Under the pieces are notes generated by a model, which was given only the letters and a program-made list of their open reading frames with translations, ran no database searches and had not been told where the DNA came from. A DNA stretch of 60,550 nt from an uncultured Erysipelotrichaceae bacterium. GTDB taxonomy: Bacteria; Bacillota_I; Bacilli_A; RF39; UBA660. A program made the translations under genes and the position numbers. Of this stretch, positions 47,722 to 56,958 are shown one piece after another; the first letter of the stretch is position 1; each line of letters starts with the position of its first letter. The stretch lies in contig CACYFN010000006.1 of NCBI GenBank assembly GCA_902773675.1, forward strand, positions 1 to 60,550. Reading direction: 5' to 3'.

Positions 47722-48432
47722 TTATTTGTCAAAACTTTCGAAAATAAAATTATCACATAAATCTTTATATTTATCAAAATCATTATTTCTTATTGTCCAA
47801 GTTAATATTAACAACTTATTTTTATACTTCTGAATTTTTTTACTATTTAAAAAATTATAATTTACAGATATAAAATCAGGTTTTACTAAAAAATTTAGTA
47901 ACATATTCTTAAGAAATATTTTTTTTATTATATTTATCTTATTATTTTTAAAATCAGATACTAATAATCCTCTTGGCATATTAGTACGCTTCTTTAAATA
48001 TATTAAAGAAAAAGGAGAAAATGATTGATAAGCATATAATCCTTTATAATCTTTCATAATATCTATTAATTTATCTTCTAAAAGTCCTACTTTATTATCA
48101 AATTTTAATTCTATTAGTAGTGGAACTCTACCATTTACTAGTTTTAGAACATCTTTTAAAAGAGGTATATAATTTTCAGTATTATTTAATTTTAAATTTT
48201 TTATTTCATTATAAGTAGTATCTTTTATTTTCTTATCTATACCAGTTAATCTTTTTAAATTATCATCATGAAAAACTACTACATTATTATCTTTTAATAT
48301 ATGTACATCAAATTCAATTATATAATTATTTTTAATAGCTTCCTTAAAAGCAGGAATACTATTTTCTGGAATAATTTTATTATGTAATCCCCGATGAGCA
48401 ATTAAATTATTTTTTAAAAAGTTAACATCCAT
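47722..48432 (-). CDS. glycerophosphodiester phosphodiesterase
   Basis: IAHRGLH..PENSIPAF..EFDVH motifs of the GDPD family. Confidence 0.75.
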   Translation of the reverse strand: MDVNFLKNNLIAHRGLHNKIIPENSIPAFKEAIKNNYIIEFDVHILKDNNVVVFHDDNLKRLTGIDKKIKDTTYNEIKNLKLNNTENYIPLLKDVLKLVNGRVPLLIELKFDNKVGLLEDKLIDIMKDYKGLYAYQSFSPFSLIYLKKRTNMPRGLLVSDFKNNKINIIKKIFLKNMLLNFLVKPDFISVNYNFLNSKKIQKYKNKLLILTWTIRNNDFDKYKDLCDNFIFESFDK

Positions 48433-48476
48433 AATACCACCTATTTAAGTATAACACAAAATAAAAAGTTAATAAA

Positions 48477-49604
48477 TTACTTTACTAACTTTTTAACCTT
48501 TTTAGTTGATTCATTATTTGATGAACTAAATACTCTTTCATCTAAAATATTTTCTTTAATTTTTTTAACTTTATTAAGTGGTGCTTTATTTAAAGAATCA
48601 GCAAGTCTTTGGTGTAAAATATGTTCTTCTTCTGTATACTTTGTTTTCTTTAGTATATCTTTTAAATTTATAATATCAAATTTAGAACTATCATCAGATC
48701 TATAAAAATATCCTAGATAACAATCTAATTCTTTTTTTCCACCTGCTTTAAAATATTCATTTATAAAATATCTTAAATCAGGATCAGTTAAATCGATTCC
48801 ATACTTCATAGGAATATCTATAGCTCTTTTAAACTCTTTAGCAAATAATAAACCTCTTCTAGGTCCTATTCTATTACCACCTCTCTCAATGATACGATAC
48901 ATAACACAATTCAAAAATTCTTCTTTAGCAAATTCTTTGTTATTAAAATTCTTAATAGCATCATCAATCTCTTTATAGTCAAGATTACATCCATAATTCT
49001 TTAATAAATTAGAAACATCTGCAATATTTTTACCAACAAATTCCTCTCCATTTAATACATCATAATTTTTATCTCTAATTGTATCTAAATCATCAGCCAT
49101 AATAACAGTACCTTTAGAGTCTAAATGAAAATGCGCACTACAATGTCTATCTTTTTTTCTTAAATAAATAATATCAGGATATCTACCATCTAATAAGAAC
49201 CATTTTTCTTCCCAAGATAAACTTCTAAAGAAGGCATTATAATTATAAAACTCATTCCAATCAAAACAAGTAATATCGCTATCTTTACCAACTAAATCAA
49301 TAACATATTGATTATATTTAAACATAACATCATTAGAACTCATTTTAGCACTTCTATTTGTATTTATCAATTTATTAATGTCTTCACCAGAATATCTAAG
49401 TTCAAACCATACAGCCATTTTTTCAATTGCATCACGCACTCTTCTAGGCTCAAAATATTCACCAATATTAGTATACTTATCTATAACCATATTAGTTTGA
49501 TACCAATTTATAAATTTATCTATTTTAGAATCTAATAATATATTTTCTTTATTTTCATCATTATCCTTTTTTGTAATTTTATTAATAGTTTCTTTAATTC
49601 CCAT
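48477..49604 (-). CDS. hypothetical protein, paralog A of a tandem pair
   Basis: Shares long blocks with 49667..50656 (CVMYRIIERGGNRIGPRRGLLFAKEFKRAIDIPMKYGID vs CVMYRVIERGGSRIGPRRGLMFAKEFDRDKNIPMKYAID; AVWFELRY vs AVWYELRY). The ATG at 49604 has a GGGAGG SD. Confidence 0.55.
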   Translation of the reverse strand: MGIKETINKITKKDNDENKENILLDSKIDKFINWYQTNMVIDKYTNIGEYFEPRRVRDAIEKMAVWFELRYSGEDINKLINTNRSAKMSSNDVMFKYNQYVIDLVGKDSDITCFDWNEFYNYNAFFRSLSWEEKWFLLDGRYPDIIYLRKKDRHCSAHFHLDSKGTVIMADDLDTIRDKNYDVLNGEEFVGKNIADVSNLLKNYGCNLDYKEIDDAIKNFNNKEFAKEEFLNCVMYRIIERGGNRIGPRRGLLFAKEFKRAIDIPMKYGIDLTDPDLRYFINEYFKAGGKKELDCYLGYFYRSDDSSKFDIINLKDILKKTKYTEEEHILHQRLADSLNKAPLNKVKKIKENILDERVFSSSNNESTKKVKKLVK

Positions 49605-49666
49605 AACAAAACCTCCCAAATTCATTATAACACTATATATATAATTTTTAAAGAAAAAAAGTAAAA

Positions 49667-50656
49667 TTATCTTACTAATTTTTTTGAATCGTATTCATTA
49701 ATAATATCATTTAATGAAATAGTTTTAATATATCTACTATCATATGATTTATCAAAATAGTTAATATAACATTCTAAATTAGGATCTCCTCCCATATTAA
49801 TAAATTCATTAACTAGATTCATTAAATATGGATCTTCATAATCAATTGCATACTTCATAGGAATATTTTTATCTCTATCAAACTCTTTAGCAAACATAAG
49901 TCCTCTTCTAGGCCCTATTCTAGATCCACCTCGTTCAATAACACGATACATTACACAATCTAAAAATTTCTTATTTATATATTTCCATTTATCCTGACTC
50001 ATTATAGTTTCAACTAATTGATTATTATCTGGAAGAGTTATTCCCTTATTTATCAGTAAATCCATTAAATCTTTAATATGAATGTTATTAATTTCAGATT
50101 CATTAAGTTTTAAATACTCTAAACCTTCAATTTTATTAACATGACCATCTTTATTTAAATAAATAGTCACACATCCACTATCTAACATTAAAAATATAGA
50201 ATCAGGATACTCTATTGGTAATAAAAATTTTCTATATTTCCAAGGTAAAGTATTCATAAAGATATTTGTATTATAAAATTCATTCCATTTTAAATCATTA
50301 GCACTAGACTTATCTTTCATATATGGATTAAATCTAAACATCATATCATTTACATCAACTTCACTAACATCACAAAATGGATATTTTTCATTTACTAAAG
50401 AATCAAGATATCTTAATTCATACCATACAGCAACTGTTTCAATAGCATCTTTTAATTCACGAGTAGCTTGATATTCATAATTAGCATCTACTACATCCTT
50501 TACCATATTATCATAAAACCACTCTATAAACTTTTGTACTTTCTTATTTAAATGAATATATTCTACTTCCTTAGTATAATCTTTCTTTTTATTTTCTTTC
50601 TCATAATCATAATCTACATCAATCGATAATTTTCCTACATACTTTATTTCTTTCAT
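49667..50656 (-). CDS. hypothetical protein, paralog B of a tandem pair
   Basis: See paralog A. 329 aa. No known domain recognised. Confidence 0.55.
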   Translation of the reverse strand: MKEIKYVGKLSIDVDYDYEKENKKKDYTKEVEYIHLNKKVQKFIEWFYDNMVKDVVDANYEYQATRELKDAIETVAVWYELRYLDSLVNEKYPFCDVSEVDVNDMMFRFNPYMKDKSSANDLKWNEFYNTNIFMNTLPWKYRKFLLPIEYPDSIFLMLDSGCVTIYLNKDGHVNKIEGLEYLKLNESEINNIHIKDLMDLLINKGITLPDNNQLVETIMSQDKWKYINKKFLDCVMYRVIERGGSRIGPRRGLMFAKEFDRDKNIPMKYAIDYEDPYLMNLVNEFINMGGDPNLECYINYFDKSYDSRYIKTISLNDIINEYDSKKLVR

Positions 50657-50676
50657 AATTTCCCCCTATTTCTTAA

Positions 50677-51606
50677 TTATCTCTTCTTAAAACTTAATTC
50701 TTTATATCTTAAAGGTTTATTTTGATAACCCAACCATTCTTTATTTTCATAATTTAATTGATTATCTTCACCTTTTAAAAATTTAACATAATTATCAATA
50801 TTATAATTAACTTTATAAGAAAAATCATTAGTATCTTCATAATATAAACCATTTCTAAAACTAATAGTAAATGCATCTAAATACTTTTTAAAAACATCTT
50901 CCGTTAATTCTATATATCCATCTTGAATAATTTTTTTAGCAATGCTTTTTCCTTCATCACTCATAAGCATAAATACTCCAGCACTACATCCACCAGTACC
51001 CATAATACCTAACCTATTTAAATTACATCGATTAGCATAAAAAAATTGTGAATAAGTAGTATCTACCAAATAATATTTATTATTATATTTAATTACATTA
51101 GCAAAATGATATCCATTACCATCATATAGCATAGCATCTTTACAATATCCTGGATATATAGGTAAAATATATGATTCAATATTATTATCATCACAAATTT
51201 TTTTTATATATTGTGAACACATATGACAATCATTAGAAAGATTTATTATATTTAATAATTCTTCATCTATATCATTATTAGAACTAAATAAATATTTACT
51301 TTTTAAAAGAAGTCTTCTTGCTTTAAAAATAATATATTCCATAAAATTATCCTTATTTAAATCATTATATTTAACCTTTACATTCAATTTTCTTATATCT
51401 TGAACTTTTTTTTCAACAGATATTAAATGATTTTTTAAAAAATAATAATGTTCCAATATTTCACCATTTTCATAATATTCATCACTAATACTTTTTATAA
51501 ACTTATAAAGTTCTTCCAAAACATTAACATAATTTTTACTATTTATTTCATTATAATATTTATCAATAACTTCAGCATCCAATTCATACTTATCCCATAT
51601 ATCCAT
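50677..51606 (-). CDS. hypothetical protein with a transglutaminase-like Cys-His-Asp pattern (tentative)
   Basis: NDCHMCSQYIKKICDDNNI ... GYHFANVIKYNNKYYLVDTTY resembles the C..(fa)..GIP / HaW.eV...g.W..D.T core of transglutaminase-like cysteine peptidases. Confidence 0.4.
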   Translation of the reverse strand: MDIWDKYELDAEVIDKYYNEINSKNYVNVLEELYKFIKSISDEYYENGEILEHYYFLKNHLISVEKKVQDIRKLNVKVKYNDLNKDNFMEYIIFKARRLLLKSKYLFSSNNDIDEELLNIINLSNDCHMCSQYIKKICDDNNIESYILPIYPGYCKDAMLYDGNGYHFANVIKYNNKYYLVDTTYSQFFYANRCNLNRLGIMGTGGCSAGVFMLMSDEGKSIAKKIIQDGYIELTEDVFKKYLDAFTISFRNGLYYEDTNDFSYKVNYNIDNYVKFLKGEDNQLNYENKEWLGYQNKPLRYKELSFKKR

Positions 51607-51630
51607 TAAAATTTCCCCTTGTAGAAAAGT

Positions 51631-51659
51631 ATTATAGTATATAATTTAGAAAATTGCAA
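51631..51659 (-). promoter_or_regulatory. sigmaA promoter TTGCAA - 17 nt - TATAAT for the 51606-48477 operon
   Basis: Minus strand reads TTGCAAttttctaaattatatacTATAAT about 25 nt before the AAGGGGA SD and ATG at 51606. It lies just after a weak hairpin (aggac/gtcct plus T5) downstream of nrdG. Confidence 0.55.
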
Positions 51660-51678
51660 ATTAAAAAGGACATAAGTC

Positions 51679-52239
51679 CTATACAAACATATATTTATTA
51701 TTTCTTCCAAAAGAATTCTCTTCTTCTACTTCATCATGATAAGCAATAACTACATATCCAAGTTCTAAACTTTTTTTTACATCAATTATTCTTTGATTAG
51801 AAGAACCTCTATATAAAAGACTAAAATTCTTTAATGAAAATATAAATGGTCCATCAATTAAAATATCTATTTCTTTTAGGAAATCCATAATACTAGTATC
51901 ACTTTTTGACATTTCTAATAATTTTTCAAAAGTAAAACCAGTATAAGTCCATACATTCATTCCAAGAGAATGAATATACTTAGCTAAATAAGCACATTCT
52001 TTTGGTTGATAAAAGGGATCTCCTCCAGAAAAAGTAATACCATCTTGATTTTTTAAATCTTTAATTTGTTTCTTTATTTCTTCACAATCAATTAAAGCTC
52101 CGCCAAACATATCATGAGTTTCAGGATTATGACATTTAGGACAATTATGCTTACATCCTTGTGTCCATATAACTGTCCTAATACCATCACCATCTACTAT
52201 ACTATCAGGTTGAAGATAAGCAGCAAGTCTAATTTTCAT
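51679..52239 (-). CDS. nrdG: anaerobic ribonucleoside-triphosphate reductase activating protein (radical SAM)
   Basis: SIVDGDGIRTVIWTQGCKHNCPKCHNPETH, GITFSGGDP. The track start (GTG at 52263) lies inside the hexanucleotide repeat. The ATG at 52239 (MKIRLAAYL) is more plausible. Confidence 0.85.
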   Translation of the reverse strand: MKIRLAAYLQPDSIVDGDGIRTVIWTQGCKHNCPKCHNPETHDMFGGALIDCEEIKKQIKDLKNQDGITFSGGDPFYQPKECAYLAKYIHSLGMNVWTYTGFTFEKLLEMSKSDTSIMDFLKEIDILIDGPFIFSLKNFSLLYRGSSNQRIIDVKKSLELGYVVIAYHDEVEEENSFGRNNKYMFV

Positions 52240-52417
52240 TTTTGCATTCACATTCACATTCACAATCTTTAGTAATTTCTTTAATACCAGAATGTTTTAC
52301 ACGATCAGCTTCTTCTGCTCTTTTTCCATTATTGAATCTTTTTACATCTCCTGAAAGATATCCTGTTACCCTTCTAATTCTTTCAAATCCTACACCTTCG
52401 CCAACTAATTTTTCCAT
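52229..52417 (-). CDS. stand-alone glycyl-radical domain of NrdD (62 aa) with a C-terminal CECECEC tail
   Basis: ERIRRVTGYLSGDVKRFNNGKRAEEADRVKH matches the extreme C-terminus of full-length NrdD (R-x-x-G-Y-L..FN.GK..E...RVKH). It has its own SD (AAGGAAGGA) 7 nt before the ATG. Confidence 0.7.
   Translation of the reverse strand: MEKLVGEGVGFERIRRVTGYLSGDVKRFNNGKRAEEADRVKHSGIKEITKDCECECECKNEN
52245..52264 (-). repeat. hexanucleotide repeat (cattca)3.3, TGTGAA on the coding strand
   Basis: gcattcacattcacattcaca encodes DCECECECK in the small ORF and overlaps alternative nrdG start codons. Confidence 0.9.
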
Positions 52418-52436
52418 AATCTCATCCTTCCTTTTC

Positions 52437-54737
52437 TTAACAATTACATTCTAAACTTTTAATTTCTTCAAGTGGTACACTTTCAAATTCATGTCTTCCA
52501 CATCCTGGGCATACATCCTTAATAACACCCACATATCCACAAACTGGATCTCTATCTACAGGATGGTTAATAGCCCCATAACCAATACCAGCCTCTTTCA
52601 TAATTCTAATAACACTTTCAAAAGCATTAACATTTGTAACAGTATCACCATCAAGTTCAATATAAGAAATATGTCCTCCATTTGTTAAAGCATGATATGG
52701 AGCTTCTTTCTCTATTTTATCTTTAATACTAATATGATAACTTACTGGAATATGGAATGAGTTAGTATAATAATTCTTATCTGTAACTCCTTTAATTTTT
52801 CCATAAATAGCTTTATCAATATTAACAAATCTTCCACTAAGTCCTTCTGCTGGAGTAGCAATTAAAGTAAAGTTTAAATTATACTTTTCTGCAAACTCAT
52901 TAGCTTTATTTCTCATAAATCCAATAATTTCAAGTCCTAACTTTTGAGCTTCTTCACTTTCACCATGATGTTTACCAATTAAAGCAGTTAAAGTCTCAGC
53001 TAAACCTATAAATCCAATAGTTAAACTTCCATGTTTTAATATCTTACGTAATCTATCAGTAGGTTTTAATTTATCTCCATCAGTCCATACTCCCTGACTT
53101 AGTAAGAATGGGAAATTATAAACCCTTTTATTACATTGAATTTCAAATCTTTCTAAAAGTTGATCGCGAACAAGTTCCATCATATTACCAAGTTCCGCGT
53201 AAAAACCTTTCATATCAGCTTTATCACGTTCTTTTAAACAAATACCATGTTTAATAGCAATTCTTGGTAAATTAATAGATGTAAATGATAAATTACCACG
53301 TCCACCAGTAGTTTCATTATTAGGATCAGTTACATCAGTCATAACTCTAGTACGACATCCCATATATCCAACTTCAGTCTTTGGTTCACCTTTCTTATAA
53401 AAAGGTATATTAAATGGTGCATCCAAGAAAGAGAAATTAGGAAATAATCTTTTCGCACTAGTCTTACATGCTAATCTAAATAAATCATAATTAGGATCTT
53501 CCTTATTATAATTAACTCCCTCTTTAACTTTAAAAATAGAAACAGGGAATATTGGAGTTTCACCCTTACCTAAGCCAGCTTCAGTAGCAAGTAAGAAGTT
53601 CTTAATAACCATTCTACCACATGCCGAAGTATCAGTACCAAAATTAATTGAAGAAAATGGTACTTGAGCACCTGCTCTAGAATGCATAGTATTTAAATTA
53701 TGAATAAATGCTTCCATTGCTTGATAAGTAGTTCTATCAGTTTTTTGTAAAGCTTTTTCATAACTTTTTTCAAATAATCTTTTTATTTCTTTAGAATCTT
53801 TATAAACACTTTCAAATATATTTATATCAAACTCAATATTAGTTAATTTATCTATTTCTTTAACAGCTTTATCAAAATTAACAAAACTTAGTAAATCTTG
53901 ATAATCTAAATAATCATATATATGTTGTTTAAATTGTTTCTTAAATGTTTTAAGAACACCTGGAGCCATATAATAATCAAAAGCTGGTATTGATTGTCCA
54001 CCATGTTGATCATTTTGATTAGATTGAATAGCTATGGCAGCAAGCGCACTATAAGATAAAATATCATTAGGTGTTCTTAAATGTCCATGACCAGTTGAAA
54101 ATCCTTTTTTAAATAATCTATCAAGTTCAATTTGCATACAAGTAGTAGTACCCATAGCAAGGAAATCCATGTCATGTATATGTATATCTCCACTATCATG
54201 AGCATCTGCAAATCTTTTCTTCATTAAATATGCTTTAGCAAATTCTTTTGATACTGTACTACCATATTGAAGCATAGTACCCATCGCACTATCACCATCA
54301 ATATTAGCATTCTCTCTTTTAGTATCATCTTCATTAGCTGATTTAAGTCCCAAACCCTCTAAAGTTTTTAAAAACTTATGACGTTTCTTATCATCAAAGA
54401 ACATCTCTCTTGATTTAGCTCTTCTCTCACGATATTCAGCAAAAGATTCACAAACTTTTTCGTATCCTTGTTTATTAAGTTCAAGTTCAATTAAATCTTG
54501 AATATCTTCAATTTTAATTTTTTCCTCTTTCTTATAATCCTTTTCTATTTTTTTCATAACCCCCATATATACTTTATTAACATCCTTTTCAGTATATACA
54601 GTTCCATCTTCCATTGGTTCATTTAAAACACTTATATTTTCAAAACCTTTTTTAATAGCAAGAGCAATCTTGTTACCATCAAAGTCTACTTTTTTACCAT
54701 TACGTTTAACTACCATTAAATTAGTTAAAACTTCCAT
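52437..54737 (-). CDS. nrdD: anaerobic ribonucleoside-triphosphate reductase (class III) large protein lacking the glycyl-radical tail
   Basis: ATP-cone (VVKRNGKKVDFDGNKIALAIKKGFE), catalytic barrel motifs, C-terminal zinc site (PVCGY..CPGCG), then a stop. The ATG at 54737 (MEVLTNL) follows a TAGGAG SD; the track start is 54755. Confidence 0.9.
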   Translation of the reverse strand: MEVLTNLMVVKRNGKKVDFDGNKIALAIKKGFENISVLNEPMEDGTVYTEKDVNKVYMGVMKKIEKDYKKEEKIKIEDIQDLIELELNKQGYEKVCESFAEYRERRAKSREMFFDDKKRHKFLKTLEGLGLKSANEDDTKRENANIDGDSAMGTMLQYGSTVSKEFAKAYLMKKRFADAHDSGDIHIHDMDFLAMGTTTCMQIELDRLFKKGFSTGHGHLRTPNDILSYSALAAIAIQSNQNDQHGGQSIPAFDYYMAPGVLKTFKKQFKQHIYDYLDYQDLLSFVNFDKAVKEIDKLTNIEFDINIFESVYKDSKEIKRLFEKSYEKALQKTDRTTYQAMEAFIHNLNTMHSRAGAQVPFSSINFGTDTSACGRMVIKNFLLATEAGLGKGETPIFPVSIFKVKEGVNYNKEDPNYDLFRLACKTSAKRLFPNFSFLDAPFNIPFYKKGEPKTEVGYMGCRTRVMTDVTDPNNETTGGRGNLSFTSINLPRIAIKHGICLKERDKADMKGFYAELGNMMELVRDQLLERFEIQCNKRVYNFPFLLSQGVWTDGDKLKPTDRLRKILKHGSLTIGFIGLAETLTALIGKHHGESEEAQKLGLEIIGFMRNKANEFAEKYNLNFTLIATPAEGLSGRFVNIDKAIYGKIKGVTDKNYYTNSFHIPVSYHISIKDKIEKEAPYHALTNGGHISYIELDGDTVTNVNAFESVIRIMKEAGIGYGAINHPVDRDPVCGYVGVIKDVCPGCGRHEFESVPLEEIKSLECNC

Positions 54738-54765
54738 ACTTACATCTCCTATCATTTGTGATTAA

Positions 54766-54794
54766 ATTATATCTTTTATAGAAAAAAAAGTCAA
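54766..54794 (-). promoter_or_regulatory. sigmaA promoter TTGACT - 17 nt - TATAAT upstream of nrdD
   Basis: Minus strand reads TTGACTtttttttctataaaagaTATAAT, ending about 28 nt before the nrdD ATG. The -35 hexamer lies in the 3' arm of the 54783-54815 hairpin. Confidence 0.55.
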
Positions 54795-54815
54795 TATATT
54801 TTCATGACTTTTTTT
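54783..54815 (-). terminator. A/T-flanked hairpin (terminator of the upstream gene), overlapping the nrdD -35
   Basis: aaaaaaagtca / tgacttttttt 11-bp stem, 11-nt loop. Confidence 0.5.
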
Positions 54816-55012
54816 AATTTTCACATTTCATAGATTATTAGTATTTGCATTTTTATAGTAATAACTAATTAGTGTCAAGTTTAAAAGAATTAAAAGAACA
54901 TATAGAGATATAGTAACAATTTAGAAAAATACAAAATTTAATTATTTTATAATTTTTTTAATTTTCAAAAAAATAAATTAACATTTTTTTACATTTTTCA
55001 AAAAAATATTTC

Positions 55013-55591
55013 TTATTTTTTTGCCATTTGATCATTTTTAATTATCAAATTATTTATTTTCTTTAAAGCAATATTTCTAAAAAAATTACTATCTTTTTTA
55101 TAAAAATCATTAAATCTAATATTATATAATAATATATCTAAATTTAATCTATCAGTTAAATATAATTTACCAAATAATGAATCTTCATTATTCATACGAT
55201 AAATATATAATTTTCTTCTTTTATTAAATAATTCTTTTTTTAAAATTATTTGTTTATTATTAAGACCATTGCTATAATTTAAAACTCCTTCTAAAAAAGA
55301 TAATTCAAAGGAAGATAAATTACTATAATCAACAGTATCTAAAAACATTTTGGAAGAAACAACAGCATAAACTATTCTATTATCAATATCATTAAATTTC
55401 TCATTATTAATAATTTCTGAAATAGTTTTAAAAGAACCATCACAATTTAAAAATACATTAAATAAAGAAGGAATAACTATATCATCATCTTCCTCTTTAT
55501 TCCATTTAATCCTACCAATCCTTAAATTATATTTAAATTTAGACATAAATATATTAAATCTTGAAGTAGTATTATAAAGTAAATATTCCAA
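55013..55591 (-). CDS. hypothetical protein (start uncertain: TTG at 55591 or ATG at 55546)
   Basis: 192-aa ORF, no motif recognised. Confidence 0.45.
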   Translation of the reverse strand: MEYLLYNTTSRFNIFMSKFKYNLRIGRIKWNKEEDDDIVIPSLFNVFLNCDGSFKTISEIINNEKFNDIDNRIVYAVVSSKMFLDTVDYSNLSSFELSFLEGVLNYSNGLNNKQIILKKELFNKRRKLYIYRMNNEDSLFGKLYLTDRLNLDILLYNIRFNDFYKKDSNFFRNIALKKINNLIIKNDQMAKK

Positions 55592-55608
55592 ATTACGTAT
55601 CTCTTCAA

Positions 55609-56094
55609 TTAAATTAATTTCTTCAATAAAATTTTTATATTTTTTTGGAATTTTTCTTTTAAATATCCTCTAATTTTATTAACACTATAAATTTCCGCAT
55701 CAATTTCAAAAAAATAACCATCATGACTAATATTATTATAATCAAAACTATTATATGAATTAATATCATCAATAAAATAGAAAAAACCTTCATAACTATT
55801 TTTAATAAAATTTTTTTGAACAGCATGCCTTATTTCATGAAAACATTCAAAAATTAAATCAAAAAAATCTCTATCATCTAAGTTTACATCATTACCAATT
55901 ACAATAAAAATAGTATTACATTCTTCATCATAAAAACTATTATTATCACTTCTCTTAATATTAAATTTTTTTCTATACTTATCAAATTCATTCCCTGATA
56001 AAACCTTATAATTAACATCAATATTATTTTCTTTAATTTCTTGATTTAATATATTGGTCGCTACTTGCTTTAAATAATCTATCTTCATACCCAC
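55609..56094 (-). CDS. hypothetical protein with an HExxH motif (possible small zinc metallopeptidase)
   Basis: FECFHEIRHAVQ is the only recognisable motif. 161 aa. Confidence 0.4.
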   Translation of the reverse strand: MGMKIDYLKQVATNILNQEIKENNIDVNYKVLSGNEFDKYRKKFNIKRSDNNSFYDEECNTIFIVIGNDVNLDDRDFFDLIFECFHEIRHAVQKNFIKNSYEGFFYFIDDINSYNSFDYNNISHDGYFFEIDAEIYSVNKIRGYLKEKFQKNIKILLKKLI

Positions 56095-56136
56095 TTCTCC
56101 TCATATAATAATCAATTATATATTTTTTTGTTCTCC

Positions 56137-56955
56137 TTATTTCTGACAATTTTTACAATAATATGTTCCCCTACCATTTACCTTAATCTTATCTATAATA
56201 GTACCACAATTAATACATTTATCACCTTCATGATTATGAACTAACAAATTATTTTGAAATTTTCCATGTACTCCTTCACTAGATTCATATGACTTAATAG
56301 TAGTACCACCAAGTTCTATAGCTTTACTAAGTACTTCTTTTGTATATTTAATTATATTATTAAGTTCCATATCATTAAGATCACTACATTTTTTAAGGGG
56401 ATTAATTTTACTTAAAAATAGTATTTCATCAGCATATATATTGCCAATACCAGTAATAATAGATTGATCAAGTAAAACAGATTTAATAGGTAACCTCTTA
56501 TTTTTATATTTATCTTTTAAATATTCAATATTTAAATTATCATCCCATGGCTCTAATCCTAGTTCACACAAAGGTTCTACATTATATACTTTAGCCTTTT
56601 CTATTAAATGAAATTTACCAAATTTACGAGTATCATTATATCTTAAATCAGTACCATCATCAAAATTAAAAATCACATGTTCGTGCTTACTTATTTTATC
56701 ATCCTTTTTTCTTAAATGATATTTTCCTTCCATACGCAAATGATTTAGTAAATAGTAATCATTTAATTCAAACATTAACCACTTACCTCTTCTTTTAATA
56801 TCAATAATAGTTTGATTAACAATATTTTTTTTAAATTCATCAATACCAGGATAATCTATTAAATTCCATAGTACCTCAACATTCTTAATTTTTTTATTTA
56901 ATACTTGTAATTTTAAAGTATTCTTAACAGTTTCAACTTCTGGTAATTCTGGCAT
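56137..56955 (-). CDS. mutM: formamidopyrimidine-DNA glycosylase
   Basis: MPELPEVETV N-terminus, H2TH region, C-terminal zinf finger CINCG..CKNCQ. Confidence 0.9.
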   Translation of the reverse strand: MPELPEVETVKNTLKLQVLNKKIKNVEVLWNLIDYPGIDEFKKNIVNQTIIDIKRRGKWLMFELNDYYLLNHLRMEGKYHLRKKDDKISKHEHVIFNFDDGTDLRYNDTRKFGKFHLIEKAKVYNVEPLCELGLEPWDDNLNIEYLKDKYKNKRLPIKSVLLDQSIITGIGNIYADEILFLSKINPLKKCSDLNDMELNNIIKYTKEVLSKAIELGGTTIKSYESSEGVHGKFQNNLLVHNHEGDKCINCGTIIDKIKVNGRGTYYCKNCQK

Positions 56956-56958
56956 ATT

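Noticed and set aside
54880-54925. Looked for NrdR boxes upstream of nrdD. The segment acatatagagatatagt (about 54898-54914) caught the eye.
   Set aside because: It is a mirror repeat (tatatctctatat), not a reverse-complement palindrome. It does not match the acaCwAtATaTwGtgt NrdR consensus as I remember it. No second box is visible at the expected ~31-nt spacing.
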